From Bdellovibrionales bacterium (GTDB taxonomy: Bacteria; Bdellovibrionota; Bdellovibrionia; Bdellovibrionales; JAMPXM01): DNA of 64,000 bases. Shown here piece by piece: positions 1 through 9,820 of this stretch; positions within the stretch are counted from its first letter, which is position 1, and each line of letters begins with the position of its first letter. The position numbers and the translations under genes are program-made. The notes under the pieces were generated by a model. It was not told where the DNA came from. It was given only the letters and a program-made list of their open reading frames with translations, and did no database searches. The stretch spans positions 112,194-176,193 of the forward strand of contig JAYUEN010000332.1 of the NCBI GenBank assembly GCA_043739185.1, given 5' to 3'.

Positions 1-2
1 GT

Positions 3-557
3 GAAATTTTAGTCCAGAGTAAAAAAATTATGAAAGAATATTATCTGGACGAAAAAGCGACTCAAGAGGTTTTTGAGGACGGCTGGTTTAAAACCGGTGA
101 TATTGGTGAGTTCACTGCTGATGGATTTCTGCGAATTACTGACCGCAAAAAAGATTTGATCAAAAGCGCAGGCGGCAAATTTATCGCGCCCCAAAAAATT
201 GAAGCCTTATTAAAACAATCCGATTTCATATCAAATGTTCACATTCATGGTGACCAGCAGAAATATGTTGTGGCACTTTTAACTTTGGATACTCAGGCGA
301 CAAAGCATTTTGCAGAAGCCCACGATATTTCGTATAAGGATTTTTCAAGCCTGGTGGTCAATCCTAAAATTCGCGAACGCGTTCATGAATTAGTATCTGA
401 GGCCAATAGCCATTTAGCAAGCTATGAAACCGTTAAAAATTTTGAAATATTAGATCATGAGTTTTCGATCGAAAATGGCGAACTCACACCTTCTCTCAAA
501 GTGAAACGCAAATTTGTAGATGAAAAATATAAAAATCTAATTGAGGCGATGTACTAG
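3..557 (+). CDS. Long-chain-fatty-acid--CoA ligase (AMP-binding enzyme), C-terminal part; 5' end lies outside the window
   Basis: Frame open from the window edge (EILVQSKKIMKEYY); motifs GWFKTGDIG, LRITDRKKDLIK, GELTPSLKVKR. Confidence 0.9.
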   Translation, partial: EILVQSKKIMKEYYLDEKATQEVFEDGWFKTGDIGEFTADGFLRITDRKKDLIKSAGGKFIAPQKIEALLKQSDFISNVHIHGDQQKYVVALLTLDTQATKHFAEAHDISYKDFSSLVVNPKIRERVHELVSEANSHLASYETVKNFEILDHEFSIENGELTPSLKVKRKFVDEKYKNLIEAMY

Positions 558-1474
558 CTTTCTTTCTGATCAATTAAAATTTCGCGCAAAACCTCAGGCG
601 AAAGATTTCCTCCCGAAATAATACATACAATGTTTTTATAATCTTTCGAATTTGCTAAGCGAATTGCAGCCGCCAAGCTGACTGCCGCAGCACCTTCACA
701 AAGTAATTTTTGACCAAAAAGGGCTCTGCTGACGGCAAGCTTGGCTTCATGATTCGAAAGGACAAGGCTATCGACCACCAGACTTCGCAATTCTTTGAAG
801 ACCTCAGGCAAAACCTCGGGAGTACCGATGGCATCTACAAAAGAACTTTGTCTTTCAATCCGAGTAGGTCTCCCGGTACGAAGAGCGTAATGAAATGGCG
901 AGGCGGTTTCTGGTTCACACAAGTATATATCCATTTGAGGTTTGATTTGCTTCATAACCCGTGAAATTCCGAGGCTCAATCCGCCCAAGCCAAATGGAAT
1001 TATCAAAGCATCTGCCGCCGGACAATCTGCCAAAATTTCTGTTGCAATATTGCCGTAGCCCTCTAGGATTCCCGGCGTTTGCAAAGGGTGAATAAATAAT
1101 TCACCGTCTCTCTGAATCAAGCCATTTTTTACCAAATCCCAAATTTTATCAAAAGGCAGTTCAATCAAATCGGCGCCAAAGGCCTTAATGGCGTTTTTTT
1201 TAATTTGAGGAGCATTTTCTGGAACAAAAACTTTACAGGGAATTTTCAAAATTTGTGCTGCGAAGGCCACTGCTTGAGCCAAATTGCCAGCACTTACTGT
1301 ACTTAAGCCATTCACTAAATTCTGAGGTGCACATTTCGAAATTGCCGCCGCAACTCCGCGGATTTTATAAGAGCCAAAACACTGCAAGTTCTCGGCTTTC
1401 AAATAGACATTGGCAGCAAGTTTCGGCTCCCAAAAGGGAAGGAGAGGGGTTCGAACTATCAATGACTCAATCAT
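554..1474 (-). CDS. PLP-dependent threonine/serine dehydratase-family enzyme (fold type II, no regulatory domain)
   Basis: YLKAENLQCFGSYKIRG (PLP Lys), SAGN, GLGGL phosphate loop, SGGN; ATGA overlap with upstream gene. Confidence 0.85.
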   Translation of the reverse strand: MIESLIVRTPLLPFWEPKLAANVYLKAENLQCFGSYKIRGVAAAISKCAPQNLVNGLSTVSAGNLAQAVAFAAQILKIPCKVFVPENAPQIKKNAIKAFGADLIELPFDKIWDLVKNGLIQRDGELFIHPLQTPGILEGYGNIATEILADCPAADALIIPFGLGGLSLGISRVMKQIKPQMDIYLCEPETASPFHYALRTGRPTRIERQSSFVDAIGTPEVLPEVFKELRSLVVDSLVLSNHEAKLAVSRALFGQKLLCEGAAAVSLAAAIRLANSKDYKNIVCIISGGNLSPEVLREILIDQKES

Positions 1475-2454
1475 AGGGCCTGCTCCGAACGAGTGGACAT
1501 CTTATTATTAAGATATTGTCGATAAGCCAAATCAACTGCGAATAGATCTTCTACGGCGAGACCAACAGATTTAAAGATAGTGATTTGATTTTCATTTTCC
1601 CGACCCATTAGTCGATTTGAAAGCACCGCTCCCAACTCACCCGCGATCAGATGGCCAAGCTTTTGACCATGAAGCGGCCGATAAATCTCGTCAGCTTCTG
1701 AAATGCAAGACTCTTGATGATCTAAAAAAATGCGAATATTGCTTTGAGCTTGAATTTGAATCTCTTGGTAGCCAGGACGACATGCGCCAATCGCATTGAC
1801 ATGGGTTCCGGGCCTCAAGTCATCTGAAGAAAATAGTGCTTCAGATGAAGCCGAACAGCTGACAACAACATCTGCCTCTTCAAGTGCCGAACGAGGGTCA
1901 GTATAGCTTTCAAAAGAAATATTTCTTTCATGAGCAAAAGAGGCACAAAGGCGCTTTATTTTCTCGATGCTTCTTCCATATACTTTCACTTTTTTAAAGT
2001 TTCGAATTGGCAAGAGTGCTCGTATATGTTCCTCGGCCTGCACGCCAGAGCCAATTATAGACAAAACTTTTGAATCTGGTCGACTCAAGATTTCGGTTGC
2101 TAGTGCACTTACAGCCGCAGTTCGCAAAGCAGTTATCGTAGATCCTTCAGCTATGACTTTGATTTCTCCCGTATCAAATTGCAGTAGTACCACCATTCCT
2201 TGATGAGGATTGTGGCCGCTTAAATTATTTTCAGGAAAGACACCAACCGCTTTATAACCCAAAAGCCGTCGTGATTCGTTTACGGCGGGCATTATGCCGA
2301 AGGCATTACTGGCGTACAAATGAAAGACCTTGCGTACAAAGTTTTTAGTTTCAGCACTTGAAATCGAAATGAGCGCCGCTCTCATTTCATTGCGTAAGTC
2401 GTTTAAATTTAATAGCTCTCTGATTTCAGCTGAACTTAAAGCCAAGGCTTTCAT
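1471..2454 (-). CDS. Ornithine cyclodeaminase / mu-crystallin family protein
   Basis: ITALRTAAVSALAT, IIGSGVQA Rossmann motif, GTHVNAIGA, FKSVGLAVEDL; start set at ATG 2454 after AGGAG. Confidence 0.88.
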   Translation of the reverse strand: MKALALSSAEIRELLNLNDLRNEMRAALISISSAETKNFVRKVFHLYASNAFGIMPAVNESRRLLGYKAVGVFPENNLSGHNPHQGMVVLLQFDTGEIKVIAEGSTITALRTAAVSALATEILSRPDSKVLSIIGSGVQAEEHIRALLPIRNFKKVKVYGRSIEKIKRLCASFAHERNISFESYTDPRSALEEADVVVSCSASSEALFSSDDLRPGTHVNAIGACRPGYQEIQIQAQSNIRIFLDHQESCISEADEIYRPLHGQKLGHLIAGELGAVLSNRLMGRENENQITIFKSVGLAVEDLFAVDLAYRQYLNNKMSTRSEQAL

Positions 2455-3361
2455 AATGCTCCTGATTGCGAGGTCCAATAACCACAAAGTCAATTTGGTT
2501 TTCATCTAAAATAAAATGCAGAGCCTCTTGTCCAACGCGAATGTGCTTTTGTTTTGCCCGCAAATTGAAGTTAGAAATTTTCTCAAAGCCTTCCCTATTG
2601 AGCATCGACTGATAAGCCTCCGCCCTTAAACTAAGTCGACTGCCCTTTGGAAAGCCTTCATGCAAAGTATATTTTCCTGTTAAAAGCCCGCCTGCGAGTG
2701 GGCTAAAACTTATATAGTGAAAGCCTTTGTGTTTTAAGAGGGGCAACAATGCATGGGTATCTCGGGACTGTAAATAATTGAACTCGTTCTGAACGCCGAA
2801 AAAGTACTTAAAATTCTCGGGCCTCAATTGCGAGAGAAATTTCTTTACATAAATATCGCTAACATTCGAAAGTCCTATTTTACGAATCTTGCCAGCGCTG
2901 ATATGTTTTAATAAAGCACTTACGCTTTCTTCAATGGGAGTCAATGCGTCTGGCTCATGAATATAATAAAGATCGATGAAATCGGTTTGCAGACGATTCA
3001 GTGATTTCTCCACATGAAAATCGATTTCCATCTCACTGAGCGCGCCCTTTTTGAATCGAATGCCGTACGGGTTGCCAACTTTACTGTGTAATTCAACTGA
3101 GTCGCGAAAACCAGGGCCTTGTATTCTAAGCCATTGCCCCAAATAGGTTTCACTTAATCCGCCGCCGTAGGTATTGGCTGTATCAAATTTATTTATGTGA
3201 AGCCTCCGCGCCAGATCAAGGATGTGAAAGCTCTGACTTTGATTGTCGCCGAAGCCACGAAGAGACGGAAGACTTCCCACTCCGCCGAAATTCCCACAAC
3301 CAAGTATAATTTTATTTATAAATGTACTTTTCATTTGATTTTTAGAAGCCACATCAAGCAT
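2426..3361 (-). CDS. Aldo/keto reductase
   Basis: FDTANTYGGG.SE, SLNRLQTDFIDLYYIH, GKIRKIGLSN, FSPLAGGLLTGKY. Confidence 0.9.
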   Translation of the reverse strand: MLDVASKNQMKSTFINKIILGCGNFGGVGSLPSLRGFGDNQSQSFHILDLARRLHINKFDTANTYGGGLSETYLGQWLRIQGPGFRDSVELHSKVGNPYGIRFKKGALSEMEIDFHVEKSLNRLQTDFIDLYYIHEPDALTPIEESVSALLKHISAGKIRKIGLSNVSDIYVKKFLSQLRPENFKYFFGVQNEFNYLQSRDTHALLPLLKHKGFHYISFSPLAGGLLTGKYTLHEGFPKGSRLSLRAEAYQSMLNREGFEKISNFNLRAKQKHIRVGQEALHFILDENQIDFVVIGPRNQEHYESLGFKFS

Positions 3362-4145
3362 TAGATTGCTCCTCTAAAAAACCCTGGTTTTGAAGACACG
3401 TCATTACACTTTTAGAATATTCAATATGGGACTCTTTGGTGTATTTGGCGCGCGTATACACTTGCGCTAAATTGTTTATATTTTTGTTTTCGATGAGCGC
3501 ACGCAGCTCAGGAATCTCAAGGTAGCGCCGCATTCCACGCAATTCTTTTTCGCGATAGATCTCACGTAAAGCTTCTGTTGAATAATCCTGGTAAATTTCC
3601 GAATGAACTACCGCACCCAAAGAAAGTCGATCGCGCTCAAGTGGGGCTTCTGCTGGATAGCCCAATGAAAACCCAACCACCGGAATCACATTTTGAGGAC
3701 AGTTCAAAATTCGTCCAATTTGTTCACAACTCGCCAAAGTTGTTCCCATAAAACATATTCCTAAGCCCTCGGCCTCAGCAGCGAGGGCAGCGTTTTGAGA
3801 AACCAGAATTGCATCTATGGCTGCAATCATAAAACTCATAAAATTATCGAAATTATCAGGGGCATCCGAAATCTTCAGCCACTTCCTCATGCGATTGAAA
3901 TCGGCACAGAAAGTGAGGAGCACCGGAGCTTCTAAAACCATTTCCTGATTGAAATGTGGTTCATACAATTGTTTTTTAATTTGAGGATCTCGAGTTACAA
4001 TAATCGAATACGCCTGCATATTTCCTGACGACGAGGCTCTTATTGCGGCATTTAGGATTTTATCGATTAGATTTTGAGATACCTCTTTCGAACTGTATTT
4101 TCGAATAGATCGATGCGACATCATTGTATTGTAGAGTTGACTCAT
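3354..4145 (-). CDS. Nitroreductase family (NfsA/FRP-like) flavin oxidoreductase
   Basis: HRSIRKY, ASSSGNMQAYSII, AAEAEGLGICFMG, LGYP. Confidence 0.88.
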   Translation of the reverse strand: MSQLYNTMMSHRSIRKYSSKEVSQNLIDKILNAAIRASSSGNMQAYSIIVTRDPQIKKQLYEPHFNQEMVLEAPVLLTFCADFNRMRKWLKISDAPDNFDNFMSFMIAAIDAILVSQNAALAAEAEGLGICFMGTTLASCEQIGRILNCPQNVIPVVGFSLGYPAEAPLERDRLSLGAVVHSEIYQDYSTEALREIYREKELRGMRRYLEIPELRALIENKNINNLAQVYTRAKYTKESHIEYSKSVMTCLQNQGFLEEQSNA

Positions 4146-4219
4146 AGTTTCTCCCCCACCAAAATTACCACAAAATGATTATTGAGTAAAAGCGACATAT
4201 AGTTTATGTTATGTGAACA

Positions 4220-5089
4220 ATGGATACAATTAGACTCAAATACTTTTGTGCGATCGCTGAAATCGGCAGTTTAACTAAGGCGGCTGAAATATTAAATATT
4301 TCGCATAGTGGGCTATCAAAAGCTATGAGCGTCTTACAAGAAGAACTCGGAGAACAAATCTTTCGCCCCCAAGGTCGTGGACTTGAACTAACCGAGCGCG
4401 GAAAAGATCTCTATACGAAATGCAAAGAAATATTAGACTTGGTTGCGAAGCTAAAGGAGGCCGATAGCTTGAGTAAGAAAAAGTTCTTGCGAATTGGCCT
4501 TGCTGAAATCTTTGCCATTTCGATTGCAGGAGATATCGCTCAATCTATTTCGCCGGATCTTTCCCAAAGTATCGATTTTTATGATCTTGATTCAGGCGAG
4601 GCGGAAGTTCAAATTCTTTCAGGTAAAATTGACTTCGCGCTTTCGTTTGTACCTTTTCCGCACCGAGATATTGAGTATTTGAAAATTAAGCGGACACCCA
4701 TGGGCATTTATTTTAACAATCCGCATTTTGCAAAGCTAGAGCTTGAACAGCTTCCCTTTGTAACTCCCAATATTGAAATTGAAAATAATCCGTTGAGCAT
4801 CAAGTCGCGAGATGGCTGGCCAACTGAATTACGGCGTAAAGTTCAGTTTGGTGCCAATACATTAGCTTTAGCCCTACAGATGGTTGATGCCGGAAATGCG
4901 GCCATTTTTATACCTCAATTTGTTGCGAAAAATTTGAATCGACGGCGAAGCTTTCAATTTCAGGAATACGAAGTGAAAAAGGTGTTTCTCGCAGAGAGCA
5001 CACGCGATATTTATTTAGTGAAAAAAAAGAATTTAGAAGAAAGCCAAGAAATGAAACTATTGGCAAAGGTCGTAAGAAAACTTTGCTGA
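4220..5089 (+). CDS. LysR-family transcriptional regulator, divergent from the nitroreductase operon
   Basis: N-terminal HTH LKYFCAIAEIGSLTKAAEILNISHSGLS...LTERG; 74-bp divergent intergenic. Confidence 0.92.
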   Translation: MDTIRLKYFCAIAEIGSLTKAAEILNISHSGLSKAMSVLQEELGEQIFRPQGRGLELTERGKDLYTKCKEILDLVAKLKEADSLSKKKFLRIGLAEIFAISIAGDIAQSISPDLSQSIDFYDLDSGEAEVQILSGKIDFALSFVPFPHRDIEYLKIKRTPMGIYFNNPHFAKLELEQLPFVTPNIEIENNPLSIKSRDGWPTELRRKVQFGANTLALALQMVDAGNAAIFIPQFVAKNLNRRRSFQFQEYEVKKVFLAESTRDIYLVKKKNLEESQEMKLLAKVVRKLC

Positions 5090-5090
5090 T

Positions 5091-5846
5091 TTAAAAGAAA
5101 TAAAAGCGAAAACTAACTCCACCATAAGGTCCGCTCAAATCGACTGAACGATTTGAACCATCTTGATTGAGCAAGATCGAACCAATGGCTTCATTTCCGT
5201 TAAATCCTTTGACTGCGGCAGAACTCGTAAAGGCACTCAATTTCAAATAACGGTAACCTGCGGTTAACATCATGGTCGCTATATCTGAAAACTGAAACTC
5301 AAGTGCCGTATATCCCAAATACATTGATGAATTTGAAGTGGCATCTTCTTCAAAATCACTTAGTCCAAAGCTTTGGCCCGCGGTGGTAAAGGTGTATTTG
5401 TTGGCAAGATTTGCCATTGCATAGCCATAGCCACCACCGACAAGCAATCTCCACGTATTGCCGCTCTTAACTGCAAACTCGAGAGCTAGAGTTGGAATCA
5501 AAGTGGTCACATGGGTATCCAGATTATAAAGCCCAGTTCCCGCGGCATTGCTACCAGTTACATTGGTCAAATGTCTCGGAAATAAATATTCGGCATAGAG
5601 TTTTAAATTGAATCTTTTTGTGCTCGCCAAAAATCCAAACTCTGCGCTATAGTTGCTTTGCTCGGTCTGATCAAACACCATATTGTTACCGCTTGAACCG
5701 GCATAGGCCATATCAGTGGCTTGAGATGGCCCATAGGTTCCGCCAACAAAACCACCGAAGCTTGAATTTTTGAAATCAAAAACCCTTGCCTGAGAATTGC
5801 CAGTGGCAAAAAACAAAATAAGGAGAGCACATAAACTTCTCAACAT
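5091..5846 (-). CDS. Exported outer-membrane beta-barrel-like protein
   Basis: Signal peptide (SQA), alternating aromatic/Gly strands, C-terminal GVSFRFYFF. Confidence 0.65.
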   Translation of the reverse strand: MLRSLCALLILFFATGNSQARVFDFKNSSFGGFVGGTYGPSQATDMAYAGSSGNNMVFDQTEQSNYSAEFGFLASTKRFNLKLYAEYLFPRHLTNVTGSNAAGTGLYNLDTHVTTLIPTLALEFAVKSGNTWRLLVGGGYGYAMANLANKYTFTTAGQSFGLSDFEEDATSNSSMYLGYTALEFQFSDIATMMLTAGYRYLKLSAFTSSAAVKGFNGNEAIGSILLNQDGSNRSVDLSGPYGGVSFRFYFF

Positions 5847-5854
5847 TCACATTC

Positions 5855-6391
5855 CTAATGTTTTGAAACCGGACGAATATCTATTACCAATTGGTTTTGT
5901 TTATCCTCAGTGGCCTCAATCTGCGCTTTTGTTTCAACCGGCGCCCTCATAAAAAGAGTGATATTGGTAGTTCCGTCTTGAGGATCCATACTCATATCGG
6001 TTTTTGCAACTAAGTGAGAGCCGCGAAGTTCTTTAATGAGATCTTGCTGATCAATTGCTGTCTTTAATACTTGCGACAAATCTAAAACCAACCTTTGACC
6101 GGCTTGATCGAGACTCAAATGAAAATACCCAGGTTGTGTTTTGAGCGGAATTCCGTCTTGATCACCGTAAGTTAAAATTAGTCTTTCAACTCCATCTGCC
6201 AAAAGCATTTTTTGAACTCTCAATAAACTAAATATTTTTCCGGCGTTGCCACCAACTATCGCGCCAGCTGCTATATAGCTCCCAAGTTTTTGTGGTCGCA
6301 CAACAGGTTTGGCAGGAACTGCCATGGCAAGCGAACCCATTAAGAAAATGTGTGACGCCAGCAAAAGCAAGACTACATATTTCACAATCAC
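5855..6391 (-). CDS. Hypothetical exported protein (AMIN-like features possible)
   Basis: GAGGT RBS, signal peptide, RLVLDL and QLVIDI motifs. Confidence 0.6.
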   Translation of the reverse strand: MIVKYVVLLLLASHIFLMGSLAMAVPAKPVVRPQKLGSYIAAGAIVGGNAGKIFSLLRVQKMLLADGVERLILTYGDQDGIPLKTQPGYFHLSLDQAGQRLVLDLSQVLKTAIDQQDLIKELRGSHLVAKTDMSMDPQDGTTNITLFMRAPVETKAQIEATEDKQNQLVIDIRPVSKH

Positions 6392-6578
6392 AATTACCTC
6401 CAGCTTCCTATTTTATCTCGAGAGAGAGGCAAAACTCTCTAAAGAATTTTAGAAAGCTTCGTTTCAGGACCTAGGGCTTGAATATCACGAAGACATTTGT
6501 GTTACCTATGCCATTAGACTTCGTTTTCCCGCAACTTGAGCTTGGTATGTGGCGGCATTCAAGAGTTCTCTGTCGCGA

Positions 6579-6638
6579 TTTTAAATCAGTTTTCGTGGCA
6601 GCCGCAGCGGTTAGCCGTTTGGCAGCTTCAGTCTCTGG
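6579..6638 (-). repeat. Dispersed 60-bp intergenic repeat, copy A (inverted relative to B-D)
   Basis: Reverse complement ccagagactgaagctgccaaacggctaaccgctgcggctgccacgaaaactgatttaaaa matches 19540, 56282 and 59070. Confidence 0.9.
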
Positions 6639-6942
6639 GTTCTGTTTCAGTTGCCGATAACCGAATCCGGTTTGCCCGCCCCCGAACTGATCTTTGTTTT
6701 ACCAATCAAAAAGAGAAAATCTCTGATTTTTTGCTGACTTTTTTTGACCTTTTCAGACAAATAAACGCGAGTCATTTTTGCACTGACCATATTTGCCAAG
6801 TTTTTGAAAGATCTTCAGCTTGCTATGAAAAGCATTCAAAAAATACTCCCCATTATGACTTAAATTGGCATCCAGCTTCGGCATAGTTATTGGAATAGGC
6901 TTGGCCTTGAGGAAGAAAACACGAATTTAAAAGGGGACTTAA

Positions 6943-7440
6943 ATGAAAAATATTTGCCGATTGGCAATTGCAATTGCACTCTCGCTTCAGGTTATCAGCT
7001 GTGGCAAAAAAAATAATGATCCACAAGCGACACAAACAGCTATTCCCCCTATGAGTTTACAATCTTGCAATCAAAATAATGGCTATTCCCCTTACGGCGG
7101 CAATATTCCGTATAATCCGTATCAGTGGAATAACAACTACAACGTTTCTCAAGCCGGTTTTTGCGGCTGTAGTTACGGACAAGTTCCCGCCTGCAATCCT
7201 GGTGTCGGAATGTTTTGTGTGCCAGTCGGCCAGAACAGTGCCAATTATGCCCTGTACAACTACAATAACGGAAATTTCAATTTTAATAACTACGGCGGCT
7301 ATAGTGGCTTTGGGGCAAATAATTCATGTACCGCGAGCATTGGCCAAATTTGTCAGGCTGGAGTTGTCGGATCTTGCGGCTATGGACGCTGTGTTCAGAT
7401 GGTTCCCGGAAATCCTTATGGAATTTGCGCAAACTATTAG
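6943..7440 (+). CDS. Cys-rich, Tyr/Asn/Gly-rich lipoprotein
   Basis: AGGGG RBS, lipobox VISC, 10 further Cys. Confidence 0.75.
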   Translation: MKNICRLAIAIALSLQVISCGKKNNDPQATQTAIPPMSLQSCNQNNGYSPYGGNIPYNPYQWNNNYNVSQAGFCGCSYGQVPACNPGVGMFCVPVGQNSANYALYNYNNGNFNFNNYGGYSGFGANNSCTASIGQICQAGVVGSCGYGRCVQMVPGNPYGICANY

Positions 7441-7764
7441 TTTCGCTAATGGGGCGTATGTTTTCTCGCCTCGGAATAGATTTTGCTATGTATTTGGGCA
7501 AAATGAGCGAGCAAATAGAATAGTTTGAACCCACTGTAAGGCTTGAATATGGATTTCTTTCATCAACATAAAGATGCCGTCCTTGTATCAGTCTTGAGTA
7601 TATTATTCGTCGCCTGTTTTGAAATCACATTGGTATTTTTGTCACATTATTCTTTACTCAATCCTTAAACGAAAAAGCTCTCGCCTTAGCCCAGAGCGTT
7701 TCTCCCGCTGAATTTCTGCTAAAGATGATTGCTGCGCGAAGAGCTTGTGCTATCTTTGCAACAT

Positions 7765-9807
7765 ATGACAGACAAAAAAAATCCCCTTTTACAGAAGTCG
7801 AAATACAAACACGAAGCCACCACTTTTGATCTCATTCAAAAAGAACATTTTATACCTGCAATCCAAGAAGCAATCGTTCAAGCAAAAGCTAAAATTGAGT
7901 TAATAAAGAGCTCTGAGGCTTTGCCTAATTTTGAAAATACCATTTTGGCTCTTGAAAGCGCTCCTCAAGATCTTAATTATATTGCCGGAGTTTTTTTTAA
8001 TCTTTTAGGGGCTGAAAGTGATGAAGCAATTCAGGCGATGGCGAAAGATATTTCGCCTCTACTCTCTGATTTTTCGAGCGATCTGACTTTAGATCCTCAA
8101 CTCTTTTCTAAAATTCAGAGCGTTTACAAGCAACGGGAAAAATTGGGTTTAAAGGGCGAAGAACTCACTTTGGTTGAGAAGACCTATAAAGACTTTGCTC
8201 GCAATGGTTCGTTGTTAGATGAAACGAAAAAGCAAAGAATGCGAGAGTTGGATCAGCAATTGGCGCAAGCTGGACTTGAATACTCTGACCGCGTTTTGCG
8301 ATCAACCAACGAATTTGAATTGCTCATCACCAATCAAACTGAGTTGGCTGGATTGCCGGAATCCGCCCTTGATTCGTTTGCACAGGCCGCTAAAAACGCC
8401 GGCAAGTCGGGCTGGCTTTTGAATCTACAGGCGCCTAGTTATATGCCGATATTAACCTATTCGAGCAATCGAGCATTGAGAGAAAAAATGTGGCGCGCCT
8501 TCAATTCACGTGCGACCAGCGGAGAGAATGATAATAAATCGCTCTGCCTCAAAATCGTAAGACTCAAAGATGAACGTGCAAGGCTTTTAGGTTTTCAAGA
8601 TTTTGCAGCTTTCACTTTAGAGGAAAGAATGGCGCAATCTGCTGAACAGGTCATGAGCTTTTTAAATCGTTTGGTTGATAAGTCCCTACCGGCGGCCAAG
8701 CGAGATCTCGAATTGGTAAAGGAGTTTCAAAAAACTTTGCCCAGCGAAAAATATGAGTTTATGCCTTGGGATTACGGTTATATATCTGAAAAGTTAAAAT
8801 TGGCAAAATATGACTTTGATGAGGAGCAATTACGGCCGTATTTTCAACTCGATAAAGTCATCGCAGGGGCTTTTGAGCATGCCCGAAGACTCTATGGCTT
8901 GGTTTTCAAACTTATCGAAGATGTGCCCGTCTACCATCCTGATGTGAAATGTTTTGAAGTGATAAATGAAAAGACCAAAGAATTTGTCGGGCTCTTATAT
9001 GCTGATTTTTTCCCTAGAAAAGGAAAACGCAGTGGCGCCTGGATGACAAGTTACAAGGATCAAGGCTTAATCAACGGGAAAATATCGCGACCACATATTA
9101 GCATTGTTTGCAATTTCATTCCACCAACCGAAAATAAACCATCGCTTTTAAGTATGGATGAAGTGCGAACACTCTTTCATGAATTTGGTCACTCATTGCA
9201 CGGACTTCTTTCGAATTGTAAATACACTTCGCTTTCAGGTACAAATGTGTTTTGGGACTTTGTCGAACTCCCCTCTCAAATTATGGAGAATTGGGTCTTA
9301 GAAAAAGAAGCCCTCGATCTCTTTGCTAGCCATTATCAAACGGGCGAAAAAATTCCGATCGAATTGACCGACAAGATTAAGGCCACCACCCGTTTTCAGG
9401 CCGGCTACTCTTCTCTCAGGCAACTTCAATTTGGTTTGTTAGATATGGCTTGGCATTCTACTCCAATTGATCAAATTAAAGATGTCGATAGCTTTGAAAG
9501 AAAAGAACTTTCGCGCACACAACTTTTACCATTTATTGAGGGCACAACACGCTCAACTAATTTTAGCCATATTTTTTCGGGTGGCTATGCTGCCGGCTAC
9601 TATAGTTATAAATGGGCCGAAGTTTTAGATGCCGACGCCTTTGAGCTCTTCAAAGAGCGCGGACTCTTCAATCAAGAAGTGGCCGAGAGTTTTCGTGTTA
9701 ACATTCTCTCTCGAGGTGGCAGTGAACATCCCATGATCCTTTATAAAAAATTTCGCGGCAGAGAACCTGACCCAGATGCTTTACTCAGGCGTGATGGTTT
9801 AATCTAA
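7765..9807 (+). CDS. M3-family metallopeptidase (oligopeptidase A / Dcp-like)
   Basis: NPLL N-terminus, KRSGAWM, LFHEFGHSLH, DFVELPSQIMENW, GYAAGYYSYKWAEVL. Confidence 0.93.
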   Translation: MTDKKNPLLQKSKYKHEATTFDLIQKEHFIPAIQEAIVQAKAKIELIKSSEALPNFENTILALESAPQDLNYIAGVFFNLLGAESDEAIQAMAKDISPLLSDFSSDLTLDPQLFSKIQSVYKQREKLGLKGEELTLVEKTYKDFARNGSLLDETKKQRMRELDQQLAQAGLEYSDRVLRSTNEFELLITNQTELAGLPESALDSFAQAAKNAGKSGWLLNLQAPSYMPILTYSSNRALREKMWRAFNSRATSGENDNKSLCLKIVRLKDERARLLGFQDFAAFTLEERMAQSAEQVMSFLNRLVDKSLPAAKRDLELVKEFQKTLPSEKYEFMPWDYGYISEKLKLAKYDFDEEQLRPYFQLDKVIAGAFEHARRLYGLVFKLIEDVPVYHPDVKCFEVINEKTKEFVGLLYADFFPRKGKRSGAWMTSYKDQGLINGKISRPHISIVCNFIPPTENKPSLLSMDEVRTLFHEFGHSLHGLLSNCKYTSLSGTNVFWDFVELPSQIMENWVLEKEALDLFASHYQTGEKIPIELTDKIKATTRFQAGYSSLRQLQFGLLDMAWHSTPIDQIKDVDSFERKELSRTQLLPFIEGTTRSTNFSHIFSGGYAAGYYSYKWAEVLDADAFELFKERGLFNQEVAESFRVNILSRGGSEHPMILYKKFRGREPDPDALLRRDGLI

Positions 9808-9820
9808 AGAAGGCTCGTTC

